Part shown: piece by piece, positions 27,238-37,457 of the stretch
Layout: every line of letters starts with the position of its first letter
Position numbering within the stretch: position 1 is the stretch's first letter
Assembly: GCA_016206085.1 (NCBI GenBank)
Contig: JACQSF010000005.1
Coordinates: forward strand, 1,337-65,336
Source of the DNA: Candidatus Uhrbacteria bacterium
GTDB taxonomy: Bacteria; Patescibacteriota; Patescibacteriia; UBA9934; GWF2-40-263
Reading direction: 5' to 3'
DNA: 64,000 nucleotides
The notes under the pieces: generated by a model
Told to the model about the DNA's origin: nothing
Databases searched by the model: none
What the model saw: the letters and a program-made list of their open reading frames with translations, nothing else
Program-made: the position numbers and the translations under genes

Positions 27238-28131
27238 CTAGGTGTTTTTTTGAGTACGCAAAGTCACAAGCAATGGACTTGCGATAAACACGGATGAGTA
27301 GGTTCCCACCAGGACTCCAATGAGCAGTAACATCGCAAACGGACGTGTGGATTCTCCCCCAAAGAGAAAGACCGCAAGGAGCGCCAGGAAAACAGTCACG
27401 GACGTATTGATGGAACGGGCAAGTGTTTGATCAATCGCGCGATCCACAATTTCCTCAAGATGCGTTGAGATTTTCAGTTTCAAGTTTTCGCGCGTTCGAT
27501 CCAACACCACCACACCGTCATTAATAGAGTATCCCAGAATCGTCAGGGCTCCCGCAACAAAGGCTGTATCCATCTCATACCCTAGAAAATGACCCAAGAT
27601 CGCAAAGACACCAATAGAAATCAGGAGGTCATGGAAGGTTTTGAGGACGGTCAGAATCGCGATCTTTTTTCCAGAGATAAGCGTTTCGTCAGCGCTTTTG
27701 AAGGACCAGGCAAGATACAACGCGATAAGCACAAGGCTTGTGCCAATTCCCCACAGGGCCATTTGGCGCAATTCTTTCCCAATGATGGGACCAATGGAAT
27801 CGAACTTGAGTTCCGTGATCGCTCCAAATGTCTGAGTAAGACTTCCCAGAAGGACTTGGTGTTCTTCCTCCGTGATGGTGCGGGTTCTGATGAGAACACT
27901 CTCTTGTGAGAGCTGAACAACCGCCTCGGTATGTCCGGCTGTGGCCAGAGCCTCATGTACGGCAGATTGCGTCGGAAGTGGATTCATGGAAACTTCCAGG
28001 AGTGAACCTCCGGTGAAATCGATCCCAGGTCGGAGTCCCCAAACAGTCAGAGCAACAATACTCAAAACACCTAGCGCGAGTGAGAACCCATACCAGGCCT
28101 TACGATGTTCAATAATGTGTAGCTTGATCAT
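27238..28131 (-). CDS. secF: protein translocase subunit SecF
   Basis: GIDFTGGSLLEV ... SINDGVVVLDRTRE ... TSVTVFLALLAVFLFGG. Confidence 0.9.
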   Translation of the reverse strand: MIKLHIIEHRKAWYGFSLALGVLSIVALTVWGLRPGIDFTGGSLLEVSMNPLPTQSAVHEALATAGHTEAVVQLSQESVLIRTRTITEEEHQVLLGSLTQTFGAITELKFDSIGPIIGKELRQMALWGIGTSLVLIALYLAWSFKSADETLISGKKIAILTVLKTFHDLLISIGVFAILGHFLGYEMDTAFVAGALTILGYSINDGVVVLDRTRENLKLKISTHLEEIVDRAIDQTLARSINTSVTVFLALLAVFLFGGESTRPFAMLLLIGVLVGTYSSVFIASPLLVTLRTQKNT

Positions 28132-28135
28132 AACG

Positions 28136-30199
28136 TTAGGTGCGTGGAGATTTAGAAAAACTGGAGAGCCAGGGGATCTTCAGGGCGTTGCGTGGAAACG
28201 CCGCGTCCATAAAACTCCGGGTGATCACGACGGCCGTGAACATACTGACCAAGACACCAATTCCAAGCAGGAGCGCAAAGCCGCGCACAAAACTGGTACT
28301 AAACACATAGAGGACAATCGCCACGACAAGGGTCGCCACATTTGAATCGCGAATGGCCGGCCAGGCACGTAGGAATCCTTCACGCGTTGCTCCAGCAAAA
28401 TCACGTCCCGATGCAAGCTCTTCCTTCATACGTTCGATGATGAGCACATTTGCATCCACCGCCATCCCCAAAGAGAGAATGAATCCAGCCACACCCGAGA
28501 GCGTGATGGTTACACCAAAGACTCGATAAATGGCCAGGTTGAGGAGCGCGTACAACATGAGAGCCACCACGGAAAAAAAACCAGCAAGCCGGTAATACGC
28601 GATCATGTAGATTGCCACGAGCGTGAATCCAACCAATGCAGCCTTCACACTCATAGAAAGCGACGTTGCCCCAAGGGTTGGTCCAACCGTCTGCTGCGAG
28701 AGCAGCGCAAGGGCAACCGGAAGAGCCCCTGCGTTCAAACGCTGAGACAACATCTTGGCTTCCGCCACGGTAAAGTTTCCGGTGATCACGGCCTGACCCC
28801 CGTAAATTGCCTGTTGAACGACGGGTGTTGAAATGGCTGAACCATCCAAGAAGATCGCCATGGGTTGACCCACGTGTGTTTGGGTTAACGTTGCAAAGAG
28901 ATCCGCCCCTTCTCCATTAAATGTGATGGCGACATAGGCAGAGCCGGTGGATGGGTCGAATTCAACCGCTGCGCGTGTGAGGTGCTTTCCACTGAGTGAG
29001 GTATTCACCCACTCATCAGTCTGAGGAATAACATCGTAGATACTCGAAAACGGCATGAGCACACGCTGGATCGTATAAGCCGGAATGGTTCGCTCATCGC
29101 GCTTGAGGATAAGATGGTAGCCGTACTCGGTTTCAACCACGGAAGAAATCTGCCCAATCTCAAGCTGCTCGGAGGCAAGACCAAAAGACGCAACATACGC
29201 ATCTGCTGTGGACCATCCCAAATCTCCCGAATTCGAAACGGCAGAGGGATCTGTCGAGTATTGTTTTGCAAGCTCCCCAAAATTTTCTGTGGTTGCTTGA
29301 TCTTTCAAATTGGTGATTTGGATCGAGGCATCCAGGGCGGTGAGCTCGTTCGTGCAACCTGTCTTACCCTCAAAACAGATGAGGATATGTGAAAGCTGCA
29401 TCTGTGCCATGTTGGTTGACTCAAGATACTTGAAGACACTAATTCCCTCTTCGTTCTCAAGAAGGTTCCCATTCACCTGCCCGGGGATAGCACCGCGCTG
29501 TTCAAGAAGAAGAACGTACTCGCCGAAAAAGGAATCTGAGGTCACACGTTGGATGATTCCCTTTGTGGTTTCTTTGTTGCGATCTGTGCTGTACTGAGCG
29601 ACAAGCGAATCAAAATCTTCCTGAGCACGTGCTCGATTGAGCACCTCTTGTGCGGCGGCTCGTTCTTGGGTGTTGAGTTCGTCCAACCTGTCTAACTCCT
29701 CCTTAGTGGGTTCACGATCAAGCTCTTCTCCAGGCACCTTAAACTCAAGGACAGGCGTCTCGCCAATCAGGGCAATCGCTTCGCTAACCTCAAGCACGCC
29801 AGCCAATTCGATCACAACGCGATAAGACCCACCTGTCGACGTTATCTGTACAACAGGTTCAGACACGCCAAAAGCGTTTACCCGTCTCTCAATCACATCA
29901 CGAACCCCCTCAAGCGCCTCCAAGCGATCTTCCTCTGGAATTTGAGTCATGTCCGCCTCATATACAAGGTGGGTTCCTCCTTGGAGGTCAAGTCCCAGAC
30001 GGAAAGATTTTTCTTCAAGCGTTGGAGGCAACCAGCCCGTTTTTGCCTCAACAAATTTTGCTCCCTGGTTCCAAAACCCAGGAAAATCATAGAATAGGGT
30101 GACAACGATGGCGATTAAGCCAAGAATTGCCCAAGCACGGGGCTTCCATGTTTTGGAACCATGAGCCACAGTTTTTTTCTTTATTTTCCACGTTTGCAT
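28136..30199 (-). CDS. secD: protein translocase subunit SecD with inserted tandem parvulin-like domains
   Basis: LGLDLQGGTHLVYE, RVNAFGVSEPVVQ, and the C-terminal 6-TM RND-like region with GMAVDANVLIIERMKEE. A PpiC-like block occupies aa about 286-386. The start was moved to ATG 30199. Confidence 0.9.
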   Translation of the reverse strand: MQTWKIKKKTVAHGSKTWKPRAWAILGLIAIVVTLFYDFPGFWNQGAKFVEAKTGWLPPTLEEKSFRLGLDLQGGTHLVYEADMTQIPEEDRLEALEGVRDVIERRVNAFGVSEPVVQITSTGGSYRVVIELAGVLEVSEAIALIGETPVLEFKVPGEELDREPTKEELDRLDELNTQERAAAQEVLNRARAQEDFDSLVAQYSTDRNKETTKGIIQRVTSDSFFGEYVLLLEQRGAIPGQVNGNLLENEEGISVFKYLESTNMAQMQLSHILICFEGKTGCTNELTALDASIQITNLKDQATTENFGELAKQYSTDPSAVSNSGDLGWSTADAYVASFGLASEQLEIGQISSVVETEYGYHLILKRDERTIPAYTIQRVLMPFSSIYDVIPQTDEWVNTSLSGKHLTRAAVEFDPSTGSAYVAITFNGEGADLFATLTQTHVGQPMAIFLDGSAISTPVVQQAIYGGQAVITGNFTVAEAKMLSQRLNAGALPVALALLSQQTVGPTLGATSLSMSVKAALVGFTLVAIYMIAYYRLAGFFSVVALMLYALLNLAIYRVFGVTITLSGVAGFILSLGMAVDANVLIIERMKEELASGRDFAGATREGFLRAWPAIRDSNVATLVVAIVLYVFSTSFVRGFALLLGIGVLVSMFTAVVITRSFMDAAFPRNALKIPWLSSFSKSPRT

Positions 30200-30224
30200 A
30201 TGAGATAAAAGACGGCAATAGTGT

Positions 30225-30815
30225 ATGCGATCAGATCCCCTGGAGCAAGTGCACAACCCAAGATTGATTGACGCAATGAGTCTATTGATGTATGGTTCCT
30301 CGTCCTTTGGAGGTCAGATGTCAAGTACGAGAGGCGCCATTGCCCTCAAACAGGAAGTCCCGGATCAGACCCTCATCGCCCAGGAGCCAAGCCTGGTTCT
30401 GAGCGTCGTCGAGGTGGACGGAAATCCGTTGGAAGAGAACCCCTTCACGGCTACCATCCCCTTCCAACGACTCCAGGAACGGATCATCATCGGGTGTGAA
30501 AGCCCGACGCAGATCCCTCTGTTCCATCCGGATCTGGATCTGCAAGAAATCCTCAAGACCTATTCGACCGCAGACACTGGTTGGATCGTCTCGCGACAGC
30601 ATGTGCTGTTGGGCTTGCAGGATGGTGTCGTCATTGCCACCAACCTCTCCCACAGCAGTGGCACCTCATGGATCGAGAGATCCACACGCCTGCGTCCACT
30701 GCTCTCGCGCTACCCACACGTTCTTCGGCCCGGCGACATCCTTATTCTGGGGAACCCCAGTGGACGCTGTGTCCGGATTCGGATCGAGTTCTCCTCCACG
30801 TCCCACAACGAGTGA
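30225..30815 (+). CDS. hypothetical protein with an FHA-like C-terminal domain
   Basis: IIIGCES...VSRQHVLLGLQDGVVIATNLSHSSGTSWI...LRPGDILILG resembles the FHA pattern (G-R ... SR-H ... S-x-N-G-T). The true start may be at 30276. The segment is somewhat GC-richer than its neighbours. Confidence 0.35.
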   Translation: MRSDPLEQVHNPRLIDAMSLLMYGSSSFGGQMSSTRGAIALKQEVPDQTLIAQEPSLVLSVVEVDGNPLEENPFTATIPFQRLQERIIIGCESPTQIPLFHPDLDLQEILKTYSTADTGWIVSRQHVLLGLQDGVVIATNLSHSSGTSWIERSTRLRPLLSRYPHVLRPGDILILGNPSGRCVRIRIEFSSTSHNE

Positions 30816-30863
30816 ACCTACGATCTCGACCCCATGGTCGAGATTTTTAATTGGGGCATCTGT

Positions 30864-32411
30864 TCACATGTCAGTTCCTGAGTAACTAAGGTTGAGAGAC
30901 TTATTGCACAGCGGAAAGTCTGGGACGATGTTTCCTGGTCCAAGCTCTCCAAACAGCGCCCAGTTGCAAAACGATGGGTCGCGGGGCATACAGCGTTCTA
31001 TTTTTCCATTTTTGAGGTGCACGACGGTAAGAATCTCTCCGCGCCAGGATTCGACGGCACCAATACCTGATCCGTCCTTATAAGATAGACCTGTGCAGAC
31101 GACGCCACCCCTGTTCAGCTTGAGCGCCGCCAGAAGAACCTCCAGAGAAACAGCAAGCTCATCCACACGACATCGATATCGAGCATACACGTCTCCATCC
31201 ATCGCTGTCACGAGTTTCCAAGGAAGTTCCTGGTACGCGGCATACGGGTGTGAGGCTCGAACATCTCGCATGACACCAGAGGCACGAGCCGGAAGTCCGA
31301 CCGCCCCGTAGGCGATCGCTGTTTCATGCTTGAGCACACCGGTTGTCTCCAATCGCTCTCGTAGTCCATCTGATTGCATTGCCATGGCGACCAAATCCTG
31401 CATTTCTTTGACCGCGGCCGTGGCGGTCTCGCTTACCAGATCGCATTCCCCCTCTGTCCAATCGCGCGTAACACCACCTGGAACGATTGCTCCGCGCCAG
31501 AATCGGTTACCCAGCAATGATTCAGAGAGTCGCACAAGACGCTCTTTTACGCGGAAACCGTTAGCCGCCATAAGGCTGTATCCAGTTCCCATGCCAGCGA
31601 TATTGGCGAGATCGTGGATGTGCATTGTGAGACGTTCAAGTTCACACAGGGCGACGCGCAAAGCCTGCGCACGCTCTGGAACCTTTGTCTCAGAAATTTT
31701 TTCCACAGCCTGACAAAACGCGAGGGCGTGTGATGCGGCCATATCGCCGGAAAGACGTTCGATGAAAGCCAGAGCCTCCTCTGGAGTCTTCCCTTCCAGA
31801 AGTTTCTCAACCCCCTTATGAGTGAAGAACAATTTTCCCTCAAGAGTAATGATACGTTCTCCCGCGACGTTGAAGCGGAAATGTCCCGGTTCGATGATCC
31901 CGGCGTGAATCGGTCCCACAGGGATCTCATACACTCCATCCCCTTCAACATGATGCATCGGGTACGGAACCTGGGCATGATCGAGTTTGGTGTTCCAAGC
32001 AAAATCTTTTCGAAGCGGGTGTGTTTCTTCGGGGATATTTTCGTGGTGAACCAAACGGCGTGGATCTGGATGACCCTCTGGAGTAATTCCAAACATGTCT
32101 TGGAGGTAGCGCTCATACCAGTGAGCCGCCATCACGGACGCAGTAATGGACGGATAAGATGGACTCTCGGATGAGACAGATGTCGAGAGAACCAACCACT
32201 GTGCTTCCTCTTCCAGAGACAGAACCGCATGAACACTAAACGTATTTTTTTGTGCTCGGTCGTCTGTGGCATACACCAACGAAAGTGGTAAACCAGACTC
32301 GATGAGCTTCCCGACAAGAGTGGCAAACTCCACAGACTCAACCTGACAATGCATTTCGTCGTGATGAGTTGTGGAAGAAGGAAATAAAGATTTTATCTGT
32401 TTGTATGTCAT
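30864..32411 (-). CDS. fused NuoC-NuoD / HycE-like large subunit lacking all NiFe-ligand cysteines
   Basis: NuoC-like N-terminus (AAHWYERYLQDMFGITPEGHPDPRRL), then PVGPIHAGIIEPGHFRF...FTHKGVEKL. L1 reads ERLSGDMAASH and L2 reads NLSYSGTDM. The start forms an ATGA overlap. Confidence 0.85.
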   Translation of the reverse strand: MTYKQIKSLFPSSTTHHDEMHCQVESVEFATLVGKLIESGLPLSLVYATDDRAQKNTFSVHAVLSLEEEAQWLVLSTSVSSESPSYPSITASVMAAHWYERYLQDMFGITPEGHPDPRRLVHHENIPEETHPLRKDFAWNTKLDHAQVPYPMHHVEGDGVYEIPVGPIHAGIIEPGHFRFNVAGERIITLEGKLFFTHKGVEKLLEGKTPEEALAFIERLSGDMAASHALAFCQAVEKISETKVPERAQALRVALCELERLTMHIHDLANIAGMGTGYSLMAANGFRVKERLVRLSESLLGNRFWRGAIVPGGVTRDWTEGECDLVSETATAAVKEMQDLVAMAMQSDGLRERLETTGVLKHETAIAYGAVGLPARASGVMRDVRASHPYAAYQELPWKLVTAMDGDVYARYRCRVDELAVSLEVLLAALKLNRGGVVCTGLSYKDGSGIGAVESWRGEILTVVHLKNGKIERCMPRDPSFCNWALFGELGPGNIVPDFPLCNKSLNLSYSGTDM

Positions 32412-33886
32412 AAAGGTGTGAGAGACTTGGCGATCTGAGAGACCATTTCCCAACCTGCTCCAGAAAGCATCCAGATGCCGAACACGAGAGCGGCTCCCAA
32501 CTGAACCGTCATGACCGTGTGGGCAAGGTTCCCTGTTTCAACCGAGGCGTCTTGTTTTTCTTCTGGGACGACGGGGCTGTACAAAAGCTCAAACAAATGT
32601 CGACTCAGTCCCAGTCCTGCCATGGTAATTCCAAGAAGCGCAAGCAGCGCGATCACCGGACTGCGGGTCAATCCTTCTCCGACTAGGATATATTCACTCA
32701 AGAACAGTCCGGATGGAGGAACACCGATCAAAAACAGAGCCGCGATTAAAAAGAGAAACCCTGTGCGTGGCGCTCGACGCATCACATCATGGACAAGATA
32801 AAATTTTGTAGATTCAAACCGTTGCAAGAGCTCTCCTGCCCCGAAGAACAAGGTGGATTTCGCCAGGGCATGCCCAATCATGTGGATGGTGAATCCAACC
32901 ATTCCAACAGGTCCCAGTCCCACCAGCACTCCCATGATTCCCATGTGTTCCACGCTGTGGTAGGCAAGCATACGCTTGTAATTGCGCTGAATGAGCAAAA
33001 TGAATGCAGCCAGCAAAATGGAGAAGAGGCCGAAAAAGAGAAAAAACTGGTTCGTCCAGTCCGGGTTGCCAAGCGTCCCATCGACAATGACCTTGAACCT
33101 CAAGAGCGTGAAGAACGCAACATTGAGCAGGATACCCGAGAGCATAGCGGAAACCGGAGCCGGCGTTTTGCTGTGCGCGTCCGGGAGCCACGTGTGCATG
33201 GGGACAAATCCGATTTTGGTTCCAAAACCAATGAATAAGAACACGAATGCCCACATCACGATCCCAGGGTTCATCGTTCCTGCCACATCCTGAAGCAGAT
33301 TCATTCTAAATGCCTCAGCCTCGTGCAAACCCGCGCCCGCACCTGCATAGCCCAAGACGAGAATCCCAAAAAGTCCCAGGGCAATTCCTGTTGAGCACAG
33401 GACGATATACTTCCACGCCGCCTCCATCGAGGATTTCTTTCCATAAAAGGAGACAAGGAGTGTGGTTGAAAGCGTGGTCGCTTCAAGTCCAACCCAAAGG
33501 AGTCCGACGTTGTTTGCGAAAATCGCCACAAGCATGGAGAGGACAAACAGGGGTACGCTCACCATGTAGAGTCGCATGTGCCGCAAGGACAAGATCTCCT
33601 TACGTTCCTCCACGGCAAGGTAGTGAAAACTCACCCCCATGGCACAGGCGTAGAGCCAGACCACCAAGAGGGCGACAAGTGAAGCAAACGGGGTCACGTC
33701 CCACCAGGACGTTTGCCAGCCTTCTGTGAGACCGACCAATACCGGACCCAACATCCAGGTCATCGTTACAAGCGTGATGATCGATGTTATGAGACCAATC
33801 GCTCGAAGCATCCGACCATGCATGTTCGGGAGAAGACAGACAGCGGAACCGATGAGAAGAATTCCAACGGAAAGAAAAAACGTCAT
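32408..33886 (-). CDS. NuoN/NuoM / HyfF-like antiporter-type membrane subunit
   Basis: LLWVGLEATTLST and GFGTKIGFVPMHTWLPDAHSKTPAPVSAMLSG (Proton_antipo_M hallmark). Confidence 0.8.
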   Translation of the reverse strand: MTFFLSVGILLIGSAVCLLPNMHGRMLRAIGLITSIITLVTMTWMLGPVLVGLTEGWQTSWWDVTPFASLVALLVVWLYACAMGVSFHYLAVEERKEILSLRHMRLYMVSVPLFVLSMLVAIFANNVGLLWVGLEATTLSTTLLVSFYGKKSSMEAAWKYIVLCSTGIALGLFGILVLGYAGAGAGLHEAEAFRMNLLQDVAGTMNPGIVMWAFVFLFIGFGTKIGFVPMHTWLPDAHSKTPAPVSAMLSGILLNVAFFTLLRFKVIVDGTLGNPDWTNQFFLFFGLFSILLAAFILLIQRNYKRMLAYHSVEHMGIMGVLVGLGPVGMVGFTIHMIGHALAKSTLFFGAGELLQRFESTKFYLVHDVMRRAPRTGFLFLIAALFLIGVPPSGLFLSEYILVGEGLTRSPVIALLALLGITMAGLGLSRHLFELLYSPVVPEEKQDASVETGNLAHTVMTVQLGAALVFGIWMLSGAGWEMVSQIAKSLTPL

Positions 33887-33888
33887 AC

Positions 33889-34554
33889 TTAGTCAGTCAA
33901 CTCATTCAAATGAGTGGTATCGTGCGTCCCAAACAAGGCCTGAACGCGGTGGCTCAGCGTGGCCATGAGGATCGCTCCAATCAAGACGGCCGAGTACACG
34001 CCAAACTCAATCGCCACGGGAATTCCTCCTAAGGCACTCAACGAAAATGCCGCGATCCCGTTTTCAAGCACAAGGAAGCCAATAAGCTGGGAAAGCAGGT
34101 CGCGTCGCAAAATCATCATGACGAGTCCGACAAGAATGACTCCAACGGAAATCGGCAAAAGAACCAGGATCTGACCGATTCCCTCCCCCGCGAGAATGAG
34201 CGGTGAACGCAGTGCAAGAAAAATTCCTAAAGTGAAAACGAGTCCACCGACGAACCAGCTTGCCGAAGGGCGCAACGAGGATGAAAGACGTAACGACGCA
34301 CCGGAGTGTTCTGCCATGTTTCGAATCACAAAAGGAACCAGGAGTGCCTTGATGGCCACAACGGCGACGGCAACGGGAATGAGATGCATGGCAGATTTCT
34401 CATAAGCGAGAGCCAGAGCGAGGCCACCCAGCGCCACAGATGAAAATGTATAGGATCGCAAGAGGCTCGGGAGACGCATGAGCGTGAACGACGCCAGTGT
34501 CCCCGCGATAAACAGTCCAAGCATGAGCATTGTGAATAACGTAGGGGTCGTCAT
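33889..34554 (-). CDS. HyfE-like small polytopic membrane subunit (NuoK-related)
   Basis: A 221-aa protein with about 7 TM segments, placed between the HycD-like and HyfF-like genes as in hyf operons. ATGA overlap upstream. Confidence 0.6.
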   Translation of the reverse strand: MTTPTLFTMLMLGLFIAGTLASFTLMRLPSLLRSYTFSSVALGGLALALAYEKSAMHLIPVAVAVVAIKALLVPFVIRNMAEHSGASLRLSSSLRPSASWFVGGLVFTLGIFLALRSPLILAGEGIGQILVLLPISVGVILVGLVMMILRRDLLSQLIGFLVLENGIAAFSLSALGGIPVAIEFGVYSAVLIGAILMATLSHRVQALFGTHDTTHLNELTD

Positions 34555-35474
34555 ACAACAAGGGTAAGTATCAAACCGAACAAGGCGAGAAAAAAGGCAA
34601 TGCTCATATACTCCTGCATGCGGAAAAAGCGCATCTTGGCGATCGAGGACTCCAAGAGGCCGAGGGCGAACGAACCAACCACCACTGTGGCCAAAACACC
34701 ACCCACAGCCAGACCAATCGTCATGGGATCAAATGCTCCCTCGGGTTTTGCCCAAACGAGGTTTCCTAAAATAAGCAGGAACACCGTGAGTTTGATCGAG
34801 GAAGCGTATTCGAGCATCGCAAGGTAAGGACCGGAATATTCCAGAACCATCGCCTCGTGCACCATCGTAAGCTCAAGGTGGGTGGCTGGATTATCAATAG
34901 GATAGCGAGCGTTCTCGGCAAGGGTAATCAAGATGAGTGCCCCAAAACTCAACAGCAGCGCAGGATGAGACCAAGCCGACATCCCCTGTCCAAATATCTC
35001 CTGGACGGAGGTACTTTCTGCGACCGTCGCAAAAGCTGCAAACGTGGTGAGTACGGCGGGTTCAATGAGCGCGGCAAGGGTCATTTCGCGACTAGCTCCC
35101 ATCCCTCCAAACGCCGTGGCGGCATCAAGCCCACCCAACACAAGGAAGACGGAACTCAGCGCCAGAACTCCAGCCAGGACAAAGAGATCGACCTGTGAGA
35201 TTCCGCTATCAGAAAAGACAAGGGGAAGCGTTAACGCCAGGAAGACGGCAACACCTAAGACCATGAACGGTACCAACCGAAACACCCAAGATCGGCTGGC
35301 GGAAATAACATGCTCCTTTTTAAGCGTGGTCAACAGGGCGTAGTAGACAAGCAATGGCGAAGCGCCCTGTCTCCCCTGAAATCGCGCCTTAAACCATACA
35401 ACCAAACCCGACACAAATGGGGCGATGAGCAGGACAAGAACAACCTGTATGATAAGTGTGATAACCATGATCAT
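34551..35474 (-). CDS. NuoH / HycD-like membrane subunit
   Basis: LIAPFVSGLVVWFKARFQGRQGASPLLVYYALLTTLKKE is the NuoH/HycD N-terminal signature. About 8 TM segments. Confidence 0.8.
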   Translation of the reverse strand: MIMVITLIIQVVLVLLIAPFVSGLVVWFKARFQGRQGASPLLVYYALLTTLKKEHVISASRSWVFRLVPFMVLGVAVFLALTLPLVFSDSGISQVDLFVLAGVLALSSVFLVLGGLDAATAFGGMGASREMTLAALIEPAVLTTFAAFATVAESTSVQEIFGQGMSAWSHPALLLSFGALILITLAENARYPIDNPATHLELTMVHEAMVLEYSGPYLAMLEYASSIKLTVFLLILGNLVWAKPEGAFDPMTIGLAVGGVLATVVVGSFALGLLESSIAKMRFFRMQEYMSIAFFLALFGLILTLVV

Positions 35475-37453
35475 AGAGCAATCCAGAGGGTAAGGATGAT
35501 GGTGGCAAAAATGAGGAAAAGGTAGAAACGAATGTTCCCGCTCTGGACTTTTTTCACTTGCTCAGCGACCCCCAGGAGGAACCGACCGACAGGAACGTAT
35601 CCAAAGTCCATCCAGATAGAACGCATATTGAGGGTCGATGTGTGAGAAACAATCCAAGGATTGCTTGCCACCACAGGTTGAGTCGCAATCTGTTTCTTTG
35701 TTCGCAATATCAAACGAAAGAAAAATCGGATCGGCGCCGAAAAGGCCGTGGCTGTGTACTCCATGCTGGCATCAATCGGTTGACCGCAGTCCCACCCATG
35801 ATATTCCCTCTCATGCTTCACACGACTTGTGAGACGACGACCGACCCAGACAAGAACCACACTCCCCAGAAGAAGCCAAAGGATAAGCGATGGTTGAATG
35901 GTGGCGCTTCCAACGGAGAGTTCTCGTGGGGACGCCGTCATGGCTCCACCCCCAATGAGTGTCAGAACCGTCGGTGCATAGAGTCCCAGAGCGAAGATCG
36001 CAAGCGCACAGACCCCAACAGAAAACAGCTCTCCGGATGATGGAAGTTCGTGAACTTCTCTCGCGTGCGCACTCCGAGGTTCGGCCAACATGGAAAGCGC
36101 AAACAATTTCACCATGGCAAAGATCGCCAACCCCCCCACGAGTACCACAAGCGCAAATGTGAAGATCAAGACCGCACTCACCAAAACAGATGTTGAGGAA
36201 ACGTTTTGCAAGAGTCCTTGGAAGAACATCCACTCACCAAAGAAGGAACCAAACGGCGGCAAGGAGGCAGCTGCAAGGGCAAGCACACAGAAGAACACAG
36301 AGAATGCTGGAAGCGGTTTGGCAAGCCCGCCCATCTTTTCAAGATTGCGTGAATGAACGGCCCGCACCACAACCCCTGAGACAAGAAAAAGACCTGTCTT
36401 GAAAATGGCGTGAGAGATCGCAAAGAAAACTGAGGCGACGATCGCTACTTCATACAACCCTACTAGCCCAACCGAGGAGGCAAAAAATGCCACACCGATC
36501 ATGGTAAAGATAAGGCCAATGTTTTCGATACTGCTAAACGCGAGCGTCCGTTTGAAGTCACGATCAACCACCGCATACAAGACTCCAAACAGCGCCGAGA
36601 GAAGACCAAAACCTAAGATGATAAGCGAGGCAGACGTGCCAATAGGGGGAAGGATGAATAAGAGCACTCGAAGAAATCCGTAGATCGACACCTTCAGCAT
36701 GACTCCAGACATGAACGCAGAGATATGGCTTGGGGCGGCCGGGTGCGCCTCGGGAAGCCAGACATGAAATGGAACGAGTCCGGCCTTGGAACCAAAACCA
36801 AAAAAGAAGAGGCCGAAACACGTCCACAATACCCATGAGGGTACGATCCTGGCCATGGACGCGAGTGTTGAGAAATCAGTAAACAACGAACCCTGAGCCA
36901 AAAAGAGAAAGCCCGCTAAAATAGCCGCGGCTCCCAGATGTGTCATGATGAGATAGAGCAAAGCCGCTCGGATGGAGTCCTGTGACCGATCACTCATGAC
37001 CAGGAAAAAGGACGCGATGGACATCACTTCCCAGCCCGTCATAAACGCCAACGGCGTCTGTGACAAAATCACGATCTGCATGCCAAGAACAAAGGCCGCA
37101 ACAAGCGCGTTCAAACTCGGTAAGTGATACGTCTCTTGGTAGGAGCGCAGATAAGAGCCGGCATACACCGCGCACAGGACACTCACCAATGAGACGAGGG
37201 AAAAGAAAATAGCTCCGAACAAGTCTAACTGAAACACGGGAAAGAATTCCGCAAACTCGAGTAGGATCTGCAATCCTGTTTCTGGAGCAAGAAAAATCTT
37301 GAAACTTGCGATCAGACCCAGAACACCTGAAACGGCCAGCGAGACCTGCGAAAGTTTATGAAACAAAAGAGATCGTCCAGAAAGTGCGACCACCCCCGAG
37401 AGCGACGTGAACAGGAGACTCGCGAACAACATATGCTCACTCAACCATAACAT
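35471..37453 (-). CDS. NuoL / HyfB / HycC-like antiporter-type membrane subunit
   Basis: FMTGWEVMSIASFFLV and GFGSKAGLVPFHVWLPEAHPAAPSHISAFMSG. 660 aa. Confidence 0.8.
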   Translation of the reverse strand: MLWLSEHMLFASLLFTSLSGVVALSGRSLLFHKLSQVSLAVSGVLGLIASFKIFLAPETGLQILLEFAEFFPVFQLDLFGAIFFSLVSLVSVLCAVYAGSYLRSYQETYHLPSLNALVAAFVLGMQIVILSQTPLAFMTGWEVMSIASFFLVMSDRSQDSIRAALLYLIMTHLGAAAILAGFLFLAQGSLFTDFSTLASMARIVPSWVLWTCFGLFFFGFGSKAGLVPFHVWLPEAHPAAPSHISAFMSGVMLKVSIYGFLRVLLFILPPIGTSASLIILGFGLLSALFGVLYAVVDRDFKRTLAFSSIENIGLIFTMIGVAFFASSVGLVGLYEVAIVASVFFAISHAIFKTGLFLVSGVVVRAVHSRNLEKMGGLAKPLPAFSVFFCVLALAAASLPPFGSFFGEWMFFQGLLQNVSSTSVLVSAVLIFTFALVVLVGGLAIFAMVKLFALSMLAEPRSAHAREVHELPSSGELFSVGVCALAIFALGLYAPTVLTLIGGGAMTASPRELSVGSATIQPSLILWLLLGSVVLVWVGRRLTSRVKHEREYHGWDCGQPIDASMEYTATAFSAPIRFFFRLILRTKKQIATQPVVASNPWIVSHTSTLNMRSIWMDFGYVPVGRFLLGVAEQVKKVQSGNIRFYLFLIFATIILTLWIAL

Positions 37454-37457
37454 AGAT

